From NCBI RefSeq assembly GCF_963853765.1, contig NC_088861.1, positions 11,284,001-11,348,000 of the forward strand: a DNA stretch of 64,000 nucleotides. Reading direction: 5' to 3'. Of the stretch, positions 62,936 through 64,000 are shown one piece after another. A model generated the notes under the pieces. The model had not been told where the DNA came from, searched no databases, and was given only the letters and a program-made list of their open reading frames with translations. Positions within the stretch are counted from its first letter, which is position 1; every line of letters starts with the position of its first letter. This DNA comes from Magallana gigas. Taxonomy: Eukaryota. The translations under genes were made by a program, and so were the position numbers.

Positions 62936-64000
62936 AATAGTATAGTATTTTCTTCCTTATTTTTACAGACGTACATGTAGGCTATTAACTGTTATAATGT
63001 ACATAATTTCGTGTTTGTCTTAAATTGTGAAACTTACTGCCCATTTGACAGGGGTTGAGGATTTTGTTTTGTTTTTGTTTGTTTGTTGTTGTTGTTTTGT
63101 TTTTTTTTTGGGGGGGGGGGGGGCAAATATGACTGTATAATGAATATGTATTTCGACCGTTTTTTAAATTCCCTTTACTGCTACACAATTTTTGGCAAGC
63201 ACTCGCTCTACTAAACACGCTTCTGGATCGTGTGGATTTCGGTCCTGTTTGTTGAAACATAATAGGGTTATTATTAAAAAAAAAACAGAGGAAAAAGTAC
63301 TCGATGGGTGACACAATGAAATGATAAAAGAGGGGGTAAAAGGATGTATATATATCGTTCAATAAAATCAACAACACTAGACATTTTAAAGTGTCGGATC
63401 TAGTATAATTATATATACTAAACCAGTATTCTGAATATATAAAGCACTGAAAATTACTAACCACACTAACAATTGATATTGTCAGATTTAGGACTCATAT
63501 GCATGTCTTTGTTAATTAATACCTTTTATGCATTGGGACTCGTGACAACAAACAGACGCAAAGCTATCAATATGTGATACCCATGTAGGCACGTAGCATC
63601 AGGGGTCCAATGGGAGGGGGCCTATGCTACGAACCTGGTCAATTATTTACGCTAAATAAAAATCCTGTGCCGATTTCATTCAGTGTAAAAGAACAACAGA
63701 TTACGAATAACGGGACTGCAGTCTGACTTCGATGGATCAAGGGTTTTGAGAGATCAAGAGAGTAGATTTATTTGGTAATATTGGGGGGTGGAGGATATGG
63801 ACCGGGGACTCACTTCCAGCAAAATAATGCATAATTCAGACAGGTACATTGACAATCAGTCATCCCTGTGTTTATGGGTGTGTAACTATTACATAACACT
63901 TCCTGACCATGGCAGCACCCGTGCTCTCTCTCATTTCAAATAACTAATATTTTACATGTTTTATGTGAACTGCTAAAGTAGTACATGTAGCCGTAACGGC

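Overview
AT-rich, intron-containing animal genomic scaffold with two N gaps. It is almost certainly oyster (Crassostrea/Magallana gigas or a close relative), judged from the ~166-bp Cg170-type satellite inside Helentron-associated elements and the pervasive TACATGTA motif. Gene content in order: (1) the last three coding exons of an aryl hydrocarbon receptor/spineless orthologue (+, 887-3084); (2) a repeat-rich ~14 kb interval with several decayed ORF-like islands; (3) an intact, intronless ORF (+, 18828/18885/19002-20234) encoding a giant-virus-type D5/C962R-like AEP primase plus PriCT-2 but no helicase, apparently inside a spliced host-style transcript; (4) 550 bp later, a 17-exon, 834-aa DUF4062-NACHT gene ending in a complete PHF5/Rds3-like 12-ligand zinc domain (+, 20785-32624), with an antisense XK-related membrane protein gene nested in its intron 9 (-, 26672-27280); (5) a secreted PAN/apple + C-type lectin gene (-, 38832-41845); (6) chromatin assembly factor 1 subunit B (+, 47106-57608), which has a GC-AG intron. 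Mobile elements include a 351-bp TRIM with tRNA-derived LTRs, hAT and TTAA-type MITEs, HINEs and a Meta-type SINE. The best candidates for new biology are the virus-derived primase unit and the adjacent NACHT-PHF5 gene with its nested XK-like gene. All family assignments are from motif recognition by eye; no searches were run.
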